The notes below the pieces were generated by a model. It saw only the letters and a program-made list of their open reading frames with translations, ran no database searches and was not told where the DNA came from. This document shows positions 12,057-25,376 of a stretch of DNA of 64,000 bases, in pieces (position 1 is the stretch's first letter; every line of letters begins with the position of its first letter). The position numbers and the translations under genes were made by a program. The stretch lies in contig OX597843.1 in assembly GCA_951406725.2 (NCBI GenBank), positions 15,500,001 to 15,564,000 on the forward strand, given 5' to 3'. The DNA comes from Octopus vulgaris (taxonomy: Eukaryota).

Positions 12057-14835
12057 CTATAGCAGTAAAGAAAGAGTAAAATAGATTATATGGAAAATAT
12101 TTGTGATACAACATCAAACACTGTGACTTGAGAATGAAAGGAAGAAAAAGAAGAAAGATAACGAAGAAGAAAAGAAGAAGAAGAAGGAAGAGGAGGAGGC
12201 GAAGAAGAATTAGAAGAAGAAAGGAGAAGAGGTAGAAGAAAAAGAAGAGCAAGAAGGAATAGGAGGAAAAAGGAGGAGGAGGCTGATAAAAGGGAAGAAG
12301 ATGTAGGAGAAAAAGTAAAAGAAGAAGAAGGAGGGGGAGGAGGAGGAGGAAGAGAATAACAAGAAGAAGAAGATAAGAATAAGAAAGACGAGGAAGAAGA
12401 GGAGGAGAAGTAGATGAAGAAGTAGAAAGAAGAAAGGAGAAGAAGAAGAAGAAGGAGAAGAAGAAGGAGAAGAAGAAGAAGAAGAAGAAGAAGACGAAAA
12501 AGAAGGAGGATGAGGAGGGGGAGTGGAAGAAGAAGAATTGCAAGAAGAAGGAAGGGAAGAACAAGAAGAAGAAGACGTAGAAGAATTTGAAGCAGGAAAA
12601 AGAAGAAGAAGATGAAGAAGAAGAAGGAGGAGGAGGAGGAGGAGAAGGAGAAAGAGAATAACAAAAACAGAAGTTAAGAAGGAGAAGGAGGAGGAGGAGA
12701 AGATGTAGAAGAAGAAGAAGAAGAAGGAAGAGGAGGAAAAAGGAGGAGGAGTAGGAGTATGAAGGGGGAGAATAAGTAGGAGAAGATGAAAAAGAAGAAG
12801 AAGATGAAGGAGGAGGAGGAGGATGAGAATAACAAAAAGAAGAATATAAGAAGAAGAAAGAGGGGTAGGAGGAGAAGTAGATAAAGAAGTAGAAAGAAGA
12901 AGAAGAATATAAGAAGAAAAAAAAGAAATAGAAGAATGAGAAGAAGAAAATAAAAAGAAGGAGGAGGAGGAAGAAGAAGAAGAATTAGAAGAAGAAGCAG
13001 AAGAAGAAGAAAAGGAGCAGGAGTGGAAGGGAGGAGGAGAATTACAAGAAGAAAAAGGAGGAGGAGGGGCGGAGAGGATTGGGTAGAAAAAAAGAAGATG
13101 AAAAAAAGAAGTAGAAGAAGGAAGAGGAAAAAGGAGGAGGAAGAGGATGATAGGGAAAAAGTAGGTGTAGAAGAAAAAGAATAAGAATAAGAATAAGAAG
13201 AAGGAGGAGGAGGAAGGGTAGATGAAGAAGTTGAAAGTAGAAGAAGAAGAAGAAGAAGAGAGAAGAAGAAGAAGAAGACGAAGAAGAAGAAGAAGACGGA
13301 GAAGAAAAAGAAGAAAAAGAAAAAGGAGCAGGAGAGGAGGGGGAGGAAGAGAATTACAAGAAGAAATAGGAGGAGGAGGGGCGGAGTGGAGGGGGAAGAG
13401 AATTTAAAGAAGAAAATGAAGAATAATAATAAGAAAAAAATTAGAAGAGGAAGGAGGAGGAGGGACCAGGAGGAGGAGGACCAGGAGGAGGAGGACCAGG
13501 AGAGGAGGAGGACCAGGAGGAGGAGGAGGACAGGAGGAGGAGGAGAAAAGAAGAAAAGAAAGAAGAAGAAGAAGAAGAAGAAGATGAAGTAGAAGTAGAA
13601 GAAAGAAAGAAGAAGAAGAAGAAGAAGAAGAAGAAGAAAGAGGAGGAGGAGGAGGCAGAAGACGAAATGACAAAAAGATGATGAAAAAGGCAGAGAAGGA
13701 GAAGTAGAATAAGAAAAAGAACAAGAAGAAGAAGAAGAAGAAGAAGAAGAAGAAGAAGAAGAAGAAGAAGAAGAAGAAGAAGAAGAAGAAGAAGAAGAAG
13801 AAGAAGAAGAAGAAGAAGAAGAAGAAGAAGAAGAAGAAGAAGACACATTGAAAATCATAGTGTTTAAGATGAAACTGAAAATATTTTCGAAATATCAGGA
13901 AATAATTCAAGGATAGAATGAAAAATTTTGGGCGAGAAGATATGGCTGAAAAATCAGGGAATATACGGAATCAGAAATCAACATATTCAAATGCACTCAT
14001 ACGCATTCTTATATTCATAGTATCAACGACGGAATGCGGTATGCACACTCACATCACACATATTCCCACTCACCCTTGTGGAAATATGGTGAGAGAGATT
14101 ATTTATTTCATATCGCTTCATTGTCACAAGAATATTAGAAAACACACGCTTACAAGAAATATATCAGCAGTTTAATTGTATCAGGCCAAATATTCCAGCT
14201 TACAAGTACAGTAAGTATTTCAGGTTTACAGATAGAATGTATGTGACTATATTATTCGAATATATATTTTCCGCTTCCACTTCAGTTGCTCTATTACATA
14301 AATAACGTGAAGTGAATGACAAAATTCGAAGTTGAATGATAATATCGAAACACGAAGGAGAATATTGAAATAAGAAATGGAGGAGGATGTAAAATATAAA
14401 ATAAAGGAATAATATAGTCACATTTCACACAGAACTACACTTATATATGAACATACACATATACTTCAGCTAAAAATATTTGATGCAAACATGTAAACTC
14501 ACAAACGTTACCATTTCTAATACAAATTCATATCAAAATCATTGAAATTTGGGGAACAAAAATGAGTTATTGAGATGCGAATTGAAACAAAGCAACTACA
14601 ATAAAGGAACATTATATTTTTCCTATTATTTCACTTTCTCTCTCAAATTCTCTCTCTTTCTTTCACATTGTCTCGCTCTCTCATATTCTCTTTGTATCTT
14701 CCTAAATCGTGTTCATTCTACAAATTTGAATTGATTTTGTTTGGTTCAGTCTGAAATTTTATACATTTGTGAGCTTATATATCAGCATCAATTATCACTT
14801 TCAAAAAATAGTATCAAGAAACTGAACGAACTTAC

Positions 14836-14907
14836 AAGGAGTTTAAATTTGAAAGCCCCGTAAATGCACCTTCTGTGATGGTTGCAATGTTGTTCCGTTG
14901 CAGAGCT
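14836..14907 (-). CDS. LRR exon 4: (L)ALQRNNIATITEGAFTGLSNLNS(L)
   Basis: 72 nt, tag| acceptor, |gtaagt donor, open frame, LRR consensus. Confidence 0.92.
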
Positions 14908-17589
14908 CTATAGCAGTAAAGAAAGAGTAAAATAGATTATATGGAAAATATTTGTGATACAACATCAAACACTGTGACTTGAGAATGAAAGGAAGAAAAA
15001 GAAGAAAGATAACGAAGAAGAAAAGGAAGAAGAAGAAGGAAGAGGAGGAGGCGAAGAAGAATTAGAAGAAGAAAGGAGAAGAGGTAGAAGAAAAAGAAGA
15101 GCAAGAAGGAATAGGAGGAAAAAGGAGGAGGAGGCTGATAAAAGGGAAGAAGATGTAGGGAAAAAGTAAAAGAAGAAGGAGGAGAGGAAGAGGAGGAAGA
15201 GGAGGAAGAGGAGGAGGAGGAGGAAGAGAATAACAAGAAGAAGAAGATAAGAATAAGAAAGACGAGGAAGAGGAGGAGGAGAAGTAGATGAAGAAGTAGA
15301 AAGAAGAAAGGAGAAGAAGAAGAAGGAGAAGAAGAAGGAGAAGAAGAAGAAGAAGAAGAAGAAGACGAAAAAAAAGGAGGATGAGGAGGGGGAGTGGAAG
15401 AAGAAGAATTGCAAGAAGAAGGAAGGGAAGAACAAGAAGAAGAAGCCGTAGAAGAAGTTGAAGCAGGAAAAAAGAAGATGAAGAAGAAGAAGAAGAAGAA
15501 GAAGAAGAAGAAAAGAAGAAGAAGAAGAAGAAGAAGGAAGAGGAGGAAAAAGGAGGAGGAGTAGGAGTAAGAAGGGGAAGAATAAGTAGGAGAAGATGAA
15601 AAAGAAGAAGAAGATGAAGGATGAGGAGGATGAGAATAACAAAAAGAAGAATATAAGAAGAAAGAGGGGTAGGAGGAGAAGTAGATGTAGAAGTAGAAAG
15701 AAGAAGAAGAATATAAAAAGAAAAAAAAGAAACAGAAGAATGAGAAGAAGAAAAGAAAAAGAAGGAGGAGGAGGAAAAGAAGAAGAATTAGAAGAAGAAG
15801 CAGAAGAAGAAGAAAAGGAGCAGGAGTGGAAGGGAGGAGGAGAATTACAAGAAGAAAAAGGAGGAGGAGGGGCGGAGAGGATTGGGTAGAAAAAAAGAAG
15901 ATGAAAAAAAGAAGTAGAAGAAGGAAGAGGAAAAAGGAGGAGGAAGAGGATGATAGGAAAAAGTAGGTGTAGAAGAAAAAGAATAAGAAGAAGAATAAGA
16001 AGAAGGAGGAGGAGGAGGAGGAAGGGTAGATGAAGAAGTTGAAAGCAGAAGAAGAAGAAGAAGAAGAAGAGGAAGGGTAGATGAAGAAGAAGAAGACGAA
16101 GAAGAAGAAGAAGACGGAGAAGAAAAAGAAGAAAAAAGAAAAAGGAGCAGGAGTGGAAGGGAGGAAGAGAATTACAAGAAGAAATAGGAGGAGGAGGGGC
16201 GGAGTGGAGGGGGAAGAGAATTTAAAGAAGAAAATGAAGAATAATAAGAAGAAAAAAATTAGAAGAGGAAGGAGGAGGATGATCTGGAGTAGGACCAGGA
16301 GGAGGACCAGGAGGAGGAGGAGAAATAGAAGAAAAAGAAAAGAAGAGAAGAAGAAGAAGAAGAAGATGAAGTAGAAGTGGAAGAAGAAAAGAAGAAGAAG
16401 AAGAAGAAGAAGGAAAAGAAGGAGGAGGCAGAAGACGAAATGACAAAAAGATGATGAAAAAGGCAGAGAAAGAGAAGTAGAATAAGATAAAGAACAAAAA
16501 GAAGAAGGAGAAGAAGAAGAAGAAGAAGAAGAAGAAGAAGAAGAAGAAGAAGAAGAAGAAGAAGAAGAAGAAGAAGAAGAAGACGAAGAAGAAGACACAT
16601 TGAAAATCATGGTGTTTAAAGATGAAACTGAAAATAATATCGAAATATCAGGAAATAATTCAAGGATAGAATGAAAAATTTTGGGCGAAAAGACATGGCA
16701 GAAAAATCAGGGAATATACGGAATCAGAAATCTACATATTCAAATGCACTCATACACATTCTTATATTCATAGAATCAACGACGGAATGCGGTATGCACA
16801 CTTCACATCACACATATTCCCACTCACCCTTGTGGAAATATGGTGAGAGAGATTATTTATTTCATATCGCTTCATTGTCACAAGAATATTAGAAAACACA
16901 CGCTTACAAGAAATATATCAGCAGTTTAATTGTATCAGGCCAAATATTCCAGCTTACAAGTACAGTAAGTATTTCAGGTTTACAGATAGAATGTATGTGA
17001 CTATATTATTCGAATATATATTTTCCGCTTCCACTTCAGTTGCTCTATTACATAAATAACGTGAAGTGAATGACAAAATTCGAAGTTGAATGATAATATC
17101 GAAACACGAAGGAGAATATTGAAATAAGAAATGGAGGAGGATGTAAAATATAAAATAAAGGAATAATATAGTCACATTTCACACAGAACTACACTTATAT
17201 ATGAACATACACATATACTTCAGCTAAAAATATTTGATGCAAACATGTAAACTCACAAACGTTACCATTTCTAATACAAATTCATATCAAAATCATTGAA
17301 ATTTGGGGAACAAAAATGAGTTATTGAGATGCGAATTGAAACAAAGCAACTACAATAAAGGAACATTATATTTTTCCTATTATTTCACTTTCTCTCTCAA
17401 ATTCTCTCTCTTTCTTTCACATTGTCTCGCTCTCTCATATTCTCTTTGTATATTCCTAAATCGTGTTCATTCTACAAATTTGAATTGATTTTGTTTGGTT
17501 CAGTCTGAAATATTATACATTTGTGAGCTTATATATCAGCATCAATTATTACTTTCGGAAAATAGTATCAAGAAACTGAACGAACTTAC

Positions 17590-17661
17590 AATACGTTTAA
17601 ATTTGAAAGCCCCGTGAATGCTCCTTCTTTGATGGTTGCAATGTTGTTCCCTTCAAGATCT
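17590..17661 (-). CDS. LRR exon 3: (L)DLEGNNIATIKEGAFTGLSNLNV(L)
   Basis: 72 nt, tag| acceptor, |gtaagt donor, open frame, LRR consensus. Confidence 0.92.
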
Positions 17662-20171
17662 CTATAGCAGTAAAAAAAGAGTAAAATAGATTATATGGAA
17701 AATATTTGTGATACAACATCAAACACTGTAACTTGAGAATGAAAGGAAGAAAAAGAAGAAAGATAACGAAAAAGAAAAGGAAGAAGAAGAAGGAAGAGGA
17801 GGAGGCGAAGAAGAATTAGAAGAAGAAAGGAGAAGAGGTAGAAGAAAAGAAGAGCAAGAAGGAATAGGAGGAAAAAGGAGGAGGAGGCTGATAAAAGGGA
17901 AGAAGATGTAGGAGAAGGAGGGGAGGAGGAGGAGGAAGAGAATAACAAGAAGAAGAAGATAAGAATAAGAAAGACGAGGAAGAGGAGGAGGAGAAGTAGA
18001 TGAAGAAGTAGAAAGAAGAAAGGAGAAGAAGAAGAAGAAGGAGAAGAAGAAGGAGAAGAAGAAGAAGAAGAAGACGAAAAAGAAGGAGGATGAGGAGGGG
18101 GAGGGGAAGAAGAAGAATTGCAAGAAGAAGGAGAAGAAGAAGAAGAAGAAGAAGAAGAAGTTGAAGCAGGAAAAAGAAGAAGAAGATGAAGGAGGAGGAG
18201 GAGGAGGAGGAGAATAACAAAAAGAAGAATATAAGAAGAAGAAAGAGGGATAGGAGGAGAAGTAGATAAAGAAGTAGAAAGAAGAAGAAGAATATAAGAA
18301 GAAAAAAAAGAAATAGAAGAATGAGAAGAAGAAAAGAAAAAGAAGGAGGAGGAGGAAAAGAAGAAGAAGAATTAGAAGAAGAAGCAGAAGAAGAAGAAAA
18401 GGAGCAGGAGTGGAAGGGAGGAAGAGAATTAGAAGAAGAAAGAGGAGGAGGAGGGGCGGAGAGGATTGGGTAGAAAAAAGAAGATGAAAAAAAGAAGGAA
18501 GAAGGAAGAGGAAAAAGGAGGAGGAAGATGATGATGGGGAAAAAGTAGGTGTAGAAGAAAAAGAATAAGAATAAGAATAAGAAGAAGGAGGAGGAGGAGG
18601 AAGGGAAGATGAAGAAGTTGAAAGTAGAAGAAGAAGAAGAAGAAGAGGAAGAAGAAGAAGACGAAGAATAAGAAGACGAAGAAGAAGAATAATAAGAAGA
18701 AGACGGAGAAGAAAAAGAAGAAAAAAAAAGGAGCAGGAGAGGAGGGGGAGGAAGAGAATTACAAGAAGAAATAGGGGGAGGAGGGGCAGAGTAGAGGGGG
18801 AAGAGAATTTAAAGAAGAAAATGAAGAATAATAATAAGAAAAATATTAGAAGAGGAAGGAGGAGGAGGACCAGGAGGAGGAGGAGGACCAGGAGGAGGAG
18901 GAGGAGGAGGTGAAATAGAAGAAAAAGAAAAGAAGAAGAAGAAGAAGAAGAAGTAGATAAAGTAGAAGTGGAAGAAAGAAAAGAAGAAGAAGAAGAAGAA
19001 GAAGAAGAAGAAGGAGGAGGAGGAGGCAGAAGACGAAATGACAAAAAGATGATGAAAAAGGCAGAGAAGGAGAAGTAGGATAAGAAAAAGAACAAAGAAG
19101 AAGAAGAAGAAGAAGAAGAAGAAGAAGAAGAAGAAGAAGAAGAAGAAGAAGAAGAAGAAGAAGAAGAAGAAGAAGAAGACCCATTGAAAATCATGGTGTT
19201 TAAGATGAAACTGAAAATATTTTCGAAATATCAGGAAATAATTCAAGGATAGAATGAAAAATTTTGGGCGAGAAGACATGGCAGAAAAATCAGGGAATAT
19301 ACGGAATCAGAAATCAACATATTCAAATGCACTCATACGCATTCTTATATTCATAGTATCAACGACGGAATGCGGTATGCACACTCACATCACACATATT
19401 CCCACTCACCCTTGTGGAAATATGGTGAGAGAGATTATTTATTTCATATCGCTTCATTGTCACAAGAATATTAGAAAACACACGCTTACAAGAAATATAT
19501 CAGCAGTTTAATTGTATCAGGCCAAATATTCCAGCTTACAAGTACAGTAAGTATTTCAGGTTTACAGATAGAATGTATGTGACTATATTATTCGAATATA
19601 TATTTTCCGCTTCCACTTCAGTTGCTCTATTACATAAATAACGTGAAGTGAATGACAAAATTCGAAGTTGAATGATAATATCGAAACACGAAGGAGAATA
19701 TTGAAATAAGAAATGGAGGAGGATGCAAAATATAAAATAAAGGAATAATATAGTCACATTTCACACAGAACTACACTTATATATGAACATACACATATAC
19801 TTCAGCTAAAAATATTTGATGCAAACATGTAAACTCACAAACGTTACCATTTCTAATACAAATTCATATCAAAATCATTGAAATTTGGGGAACGAAAATG
19901 AGTTATTGAGATGCGAATTGAAACAAAGCAACTACAATAAAGGAACATTATATTTTTCCCATTATTTCACTTTCTCTCTCAAATTCTCTCTCTTTCTTTC
20001 ACATTGTCTCGCTCTCTCATATTCTCTTTGTATATTCCTAAATCGTGTTCATTCTACAAATTTGAATTAATTTTGTTTAGTTCAGTCTGAAATATTATAC
20101 ATTTGTGAGCTTATATATCAGCATCAATTATTACTTTCGGAAAATAGTATCAAGAAACTGAACGAACTTAC

Positions 20172-20243
20172 AATACGTTTAAATTTGAAAGCCCCGTGAA
20201 TGCTCCTTCTTTGATGGTTGCAATGTTGTTCCCTTCAAGATCT
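20172..20243 (-). CDS. LRR exon 2: (L)DLEGNNIATIKEGAFTGLSNLNV(L)
   Basis: 72 nt with canonical splice sites; nucleotide-identical to the exon at 17590-17661. Confidence 0.92.
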
Positions 20244-23000
20244 CTATAGCAGTAAAGAAAGAGTAAAATAGATTATATTGAAAATATTTGTGATACAACA
20301 TCAAACACTGTGACTTGAGAATGAAAGGAAGAAAAAGAAGAAAGATAACGAAAAAAGAAAAGGAAGAAGAAGAAGGAAGAGGAGGAGGCGAAGAAGAATT
20401 AGAAGAAGAAAGGAGAAGAGGTAGAAGAAAAAGAAGAGCAAGAAGGAATAGGAGGAAAAAGGAGGAGGAGGCTGATAAAAGGGAAGAAGATGTAGGAGAA
20501 AAAGAAAAAGAGAAGGAGAAGGAGGAGGAAGAGAATAACAAGAAGAAGATAAGAATAAGAAAGACGAGGAAGAGGAGGAGGAGAAGTAGATGAAGAAGTA
20601 GAAAGAAGAAGAAGAAGAAGAAGAAGAAGAAGAAGAAGAAGAAGAAGAAGACGAAAAAGAAGGAGGATGAGGAGGGGGAGGGGAAGAAGAAGAATTGCAA
20701 GAAGAAGGAAGGGAAGAAGAAGAAGAAGACGTAGTAGAAGTTGAAGCAGGAAAAAGAAGAAGAAGATGAAGAAGAAGGAGGAGGAGGAGGAGGAGGAGAA
20801 GGAGAAAGAGAATAACAAAAACAGAAGTTAAGAAGGAGAAGGAGGAGGAGGAGAAGATGTAGGAGAAGAAGAAGAAGAAGAAGGAAGAGGAGGAAAAAGG
20901 AGGAGGAGTAGGAGTAAGAAGGGGAGAATAAGTAGGAGAAGATGAAAAAGAAGAAGAAGATGAAGGAGGAGGAGGAGGAGGAGGAGAATAACAAAAAAGA
21001 AGAAGAAGAAGAAGAAGAAGAAGAAGAGGTAGGAGGAGAAGTAGATAAAGAAGTAGAAAGAAGAAGAAGAATATAAGAAGAAAAAAAAGAAATAGAAGAA
21101 TGAGAAGAAGAAAACAAAAAAGAAGGAGGAGGAGGAAAAGAAGAAGAAGAATTAGAAGAAGAAGCAGAAGAAGAAGAAAAGGAGCAGGAGTGGAAGGAGG
21201 AAGAGAATTAGAAGAAGAAAGAGGAGGAGGAGGGGCGGAGAGGATTGGGTAGAAAAAAGAAGATGAAAAAAAAGAAGTAGAAGAAGGAAGAGGAAAAGGA
21301 GGAGGAAGAGGATGATAGGGAAAAAGTAGGTGTAGAAGAAAAAGAATAAGAATAAGAATAAGAAGAAGGAGGAGGAGGAGGAAGGGTAGATGAAGAAGTT
21401 GAAAGTAGAAGAAGAAGAAGAGGAAGAAGAAGAAGACGAAGAAGAAGAAGAAGAAGAAGACGAAGAAGAAAAAGAAGAAAAAAGAAAAAGGAGCAGCAGA
21501 GGAGGGGAGGAGGAGAATTACAAGAAGAAATAGGAGGAGGAGGGGCGGAGTGGAGGGGGAAGAGAATTTAAAGAAGAAAATGAAGAATAATAATAAGAAA
21601 AAAATTAGAAGTGGAAGGAGGAGGAGGTCCAGGAGGAGGAGGAGGACCAGGAGGAGGAGGAGGACCAGGAGGAGGAGGAGGTGAAATAGAAGAAAAAGAA
21701 AAGAAAAGAAGAAGAAGAAGATGAAGTAGATGAATTAGAAGTGGAAGAAAGAAAAGAAGAAGAAGAAGAAGAAGAAGAAGAAGAAGAAGAAGAAGAAGGA
21801 GAAGGAGGCAGAAGACGAAATGACAAAAAGATGATGAAAAAGGCAGAGAAGGTGAAGTAGCATAAGAAAAAGTACAAAAAGAAGAAGAAGGAGAAGAAGA
21901 AGAAGAAGAAGAAGAAGAAGAAGAAGAAGAAGAAGAAGAAGAAGAAGAAGAAGAAGAAGAAGAAGAAGAAGAAGAAGAAGAAGAAGAAGAAGAAGAAGAA
22001 GAAGAAGACACATTGAAAATCATGGTGTTTAAGATGAAACTGAAAATATTTTCGAAATATCAGGAAATAATTCAAGGATAGAATGAAAAATTTTGGGCGA
22101 AAAGACATGGCTGAAAAATCAGGGAATATACGGAATCAGAAATCAACATATTCAAATGCACTCATACGCATTCTTATATTCATAGTATCAACGACGGAAT
22201 GCGGTATGCACACTCACATCACACATATTCCCACTCACCCTTGTGGAAATATGGTGAGAGAGATTATTTATTTCATATCGCTTCATTGTCACAAGAATAT
22301 TAGAAAACACACGCTTACAAGAAATATATCAGCAGTTTAATTGTATCAGGCCAAATATTCCAGCTTACAAGTACAGTAAGTATTTCAGGTTTACAGATAG
22401 AATGTATGTGACTATATTATTCGAATATATATTTTCCGCTTCCACTTCAGTTGCTCTATTACATAAATAACGTGAAGTGAATGACAAAATTCGAAGTTGA
22501 ATGATAATATCGAAACACGAAGGAGAATATTGAAATAAGAAATGGAGGAGGATGTAAAATATAAAATAAAGGAATAATATAGTCACATTTCACACAGAAC
22601 TACACTTATATATGAACATACACATATACTTCAGCTAAAAATATTTGATGCAAACATGTAAACTCACAAACGTTACCATTTCTAATACAAATTCATATCA
22701 AAATCATTGAAATTTGGGGAACAAAAATGAGTTATTGAGATGCGAATTGAAACAAAGCAACTACAATAAAGGAACATTATATTTTTCCTATTATTTCACT
22801 TTCTCTCTCAAATTCTCTCTCTTTCTTTCACATTGTCTCGCTCTCTCATATTCTCTTTGTATCTTCCTAAATCGTGTTCATTCTACAAATTTGAATTGAT
22901 TTTGTTTAGTTCAGTCTGAAATATTATACATTTGTGAGCTTATATATCAGCATCAATTATTACTTTCGGAAAATAGTATCAAGAAACTGAACGAACTTAC

Positions 23001-23072
23001 AATACGTTTAAATTTGAAAGCCCCGTAAATGCTCCTTCTTTGATGGTTGAAATGTTGTTCCCTTCAAGATCT
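23001..23072 (-). CDS. LRR exon 1: (L)DLEGNNISTIKEGAFTGLSNLNV(L)
   Basis: 72 nt, tag| acceptor, |gtaagt donor; phase-compatible with the signal-peptide/LRRNT exon (TT|A = Leu). Confidence 0.92.
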
Positions 23073-23929
23073 CTATAGCAGTAAAAAAAGAGTAAAATAG
23101 ATTATATGGAAAATATTTGTGATACAACATCAAACACTGTGACATGAGAATGAAAGGAAGAAAGAGAAGAAAGATAACGAAGAATAAAAGGAAGAAGAAG
23201 AAGAATAAGGGGAAGAAGGAGGAGGAGGAGGTTGAGTAGGAGAAGAAGAAGAAGAAGAACAAGAACAAGAAAAAGAAGACATGGAAAATGAAGGAGTTCA
23301 AGATGAAAACCGAAAAAGGATTGAAAGACAGAAGAAGAAGTAGAAGAAGAAGAAAGAAGAAGAAGAAGTAGAAGAAGAAGAAGAAGATAAAGAACAAGAA
23401 GAGGAAGAAGCAGAAGAATAAGAAGAGGAGGAAGAAGAAACAGAAGAAGATAAAGAACAAGAGGAGAAGAAGAAGAAGAAGAAGAAGAAGAAGAAGAGGA
23501 GGAAGAAGAAACAGAAGAAGAAATAAAAGGCGTAGAAGATGAAGATTACAAGAAGAAGAAGAAGAAAAAGAAGAAGAAGACGAAGAAGAAGGAGAAGAAG
23601 AAGACGAAGAATAATAATAAGAAGAAGAATAATAATAAGAAGACCAAGAGGAGGAAGAAGAAGAAGAAGAAGAAGAAGAAGAAGAAGAAGAAGAAGAAGA
23701 AGAAGAAGCAGGAGGAGAAGAATATCTTAACGTGGCAGCCGTTTCATGTTTATTTCCCAATTGACTTGCACAACCTCGAGTATCCGCTTCGCCTCTCTAT
23801 GTACCAACACACACATCCACACACATACACGCACATGTATGCACATATAAGCACATACACACATATACACTCAGAAATATACACACATATGTATATCTAC
23901 CTCTGGGTGCGAGTATGTGTGTGAACCTC

Positions 23930-24640
23930 GTCCCCGTAGTGGTGTCCTTTTATCTGTCGATATAGTTTATTATCGAATCTAAAGGTGTTGTCTTCTAGTT
24001 CCCGGCGTGTGTCTTTGGAAATGCGTTTTGAAGCGTTCGTCCATCCGTCCGCTATGCTTTTCTACCCAGTGATTGATTGCTTCCAGGCCCAAAGTGTGAT
24101 GTATTAGTGCAAAGATTAGTCAAATATTTTAAGTATAGTACGTTCTGGGACAGTGGGTGGAATGTGTTTGAGGAAATCCTTATCGTCTCGGGTATAGCTG
24201 GCCATTAATGGGCATAACGGTTTGAGGAGTATATCCAAAAGATGGCTCAGTTGTTGTGTTGGGGCTCAAGGTCAGCAACTGTTGGTCTCAATTTGATGTC
24301 AGTAGGTCTTAGTATTTTTATATGCTGATCCTTGCATTTTGGAGCATTCGCAGATCTTGGGTGATCCATAGAAATTACTCTCTTTCATTAGAGAGATGCA
24401 TAAATAATCTTTCTCTTTATCTGTGAACGAACGTTGGTATTCATTTATCAGACTTTTGAGTGTATTCACTATTACTTTCTCCGGGTGTCTTGGTTCTTCC
24501 TTGTAGCAGGATTAGTCTGTTTCCAATATTTTATCTTTATAGTAGTCTTGGTCCGTGACTGCTATCACCCTTCCCCAATCGGTTTCGTTTAGGATGATTG
24601 AATTGTCATTCTTCAGTTTGTAAGCTTCCTTTTCTTCTTC
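23930..24640 (-). mobile_element. Decayed Penelope-like element reverse transcriptase fragment (intronic)
   Basis: Frameshifted minus-strand pieces IILNETDWGRVIAVTDQDYYKDKI, SNFYGSPKI, IKLRPTVA, LSHLLDILLKPL, SYTRDDKDFL and DNTFRFDNKLYRQIKG match PLE RT motifs (KADKG, FYGLPKIHK, LRPIV, NxFxFxxxxYxQxxG). Confidence 0.8.
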
Positions 24641-25376
24641 ACGAAGGTTCTGTTTGCATTTACGTATATTTTATTATATAAGATATAAAACAGATTTAAG
24701 TCACTACGTAAAGTATGAATGAAAAACACACATGCATGTAAAATATGAGAAAAGAATGGATGTTCAAAATATTTGTGATTTGAATTAGATTTACAAAGCA
24801 TTCGTTGCAACATCAGTTTTCAGTGGAAGATATTTTTATCATCTCAGAAGTCAGCTTTATTTATAAATATCTTGTTTCTGTCCAATGAGCATTCTATTTG
24901 TTATTACACTTTGCTGTCAAAAGTAATTTATCTTTGCAAAAGTAAACTCCTCTCCTTTGCATAATTGATGCATAAAAGTTCTTCACAAAAATAAATAAAC
25001 CCCCAAAACTTCAAGACTGAAATAATAGACTAGGAAGGAAAACATAACAGAAATAGAAAGGGATTTATTAATAGAATTGGTGATGGTAGAGTGGGGAAAC
25101 CCTGATATAATTTTGAGTTATGTGCTACAAAGGAGAACAACCTTACATGGTGATTTAACTGGTTAAGGGTGTTATTTAAAAAAGGGATGTGGCAACATAC
25201 ATTGCCTTAGTTTTTTCGTCTTTTTTTAGCCCTTTGCTCCTTACTCTTGCTGTATTAAACCTCAGTTTGTTCCCATTATTAGCCATCTATGCTAAATCCT
25301 TCATCCCCTAAATAGCATCCCTGTTAATCATTCCTGTAAAGGTTAACCTGCAACAGCTCAAACGGAATATTAATGA

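Larger units (their letters stand above)
3250..23730. repeat. Tandem array of 8 units (2.2-2.9 kb), each = ~1 kb conserved block + one LRR exon + purine tract
   Basis: The block gggcga..acatggctgaaaaatcagggaatatacgg ... gtgacttgagaatgaaagg recurs 8 times. Exon-to-exon periods are 2159, 2773, 2888, 2851, 2754, 2582 and 2829 nt. Unit 2 has a ~120 nt deletion near 5905. Confidence 0.97.

Noticed and set aside
3250-23730. CRISPR-like repeat/spacer interpretation of the array
   Set aside because: Units are kilobases long, the context is eukaryotic, there are no cas genes, and the variable parts are spliceable LRR exons.
729-23760. Long poly-S/L/F (minus) and poly-E/K/R (plus) ORFs up to 557 aa
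   Set aside because: These are translations of GAA/TTC tracts that lack stops by composition; frames and lengths differ between units; they lie in introns of the LRR gene.
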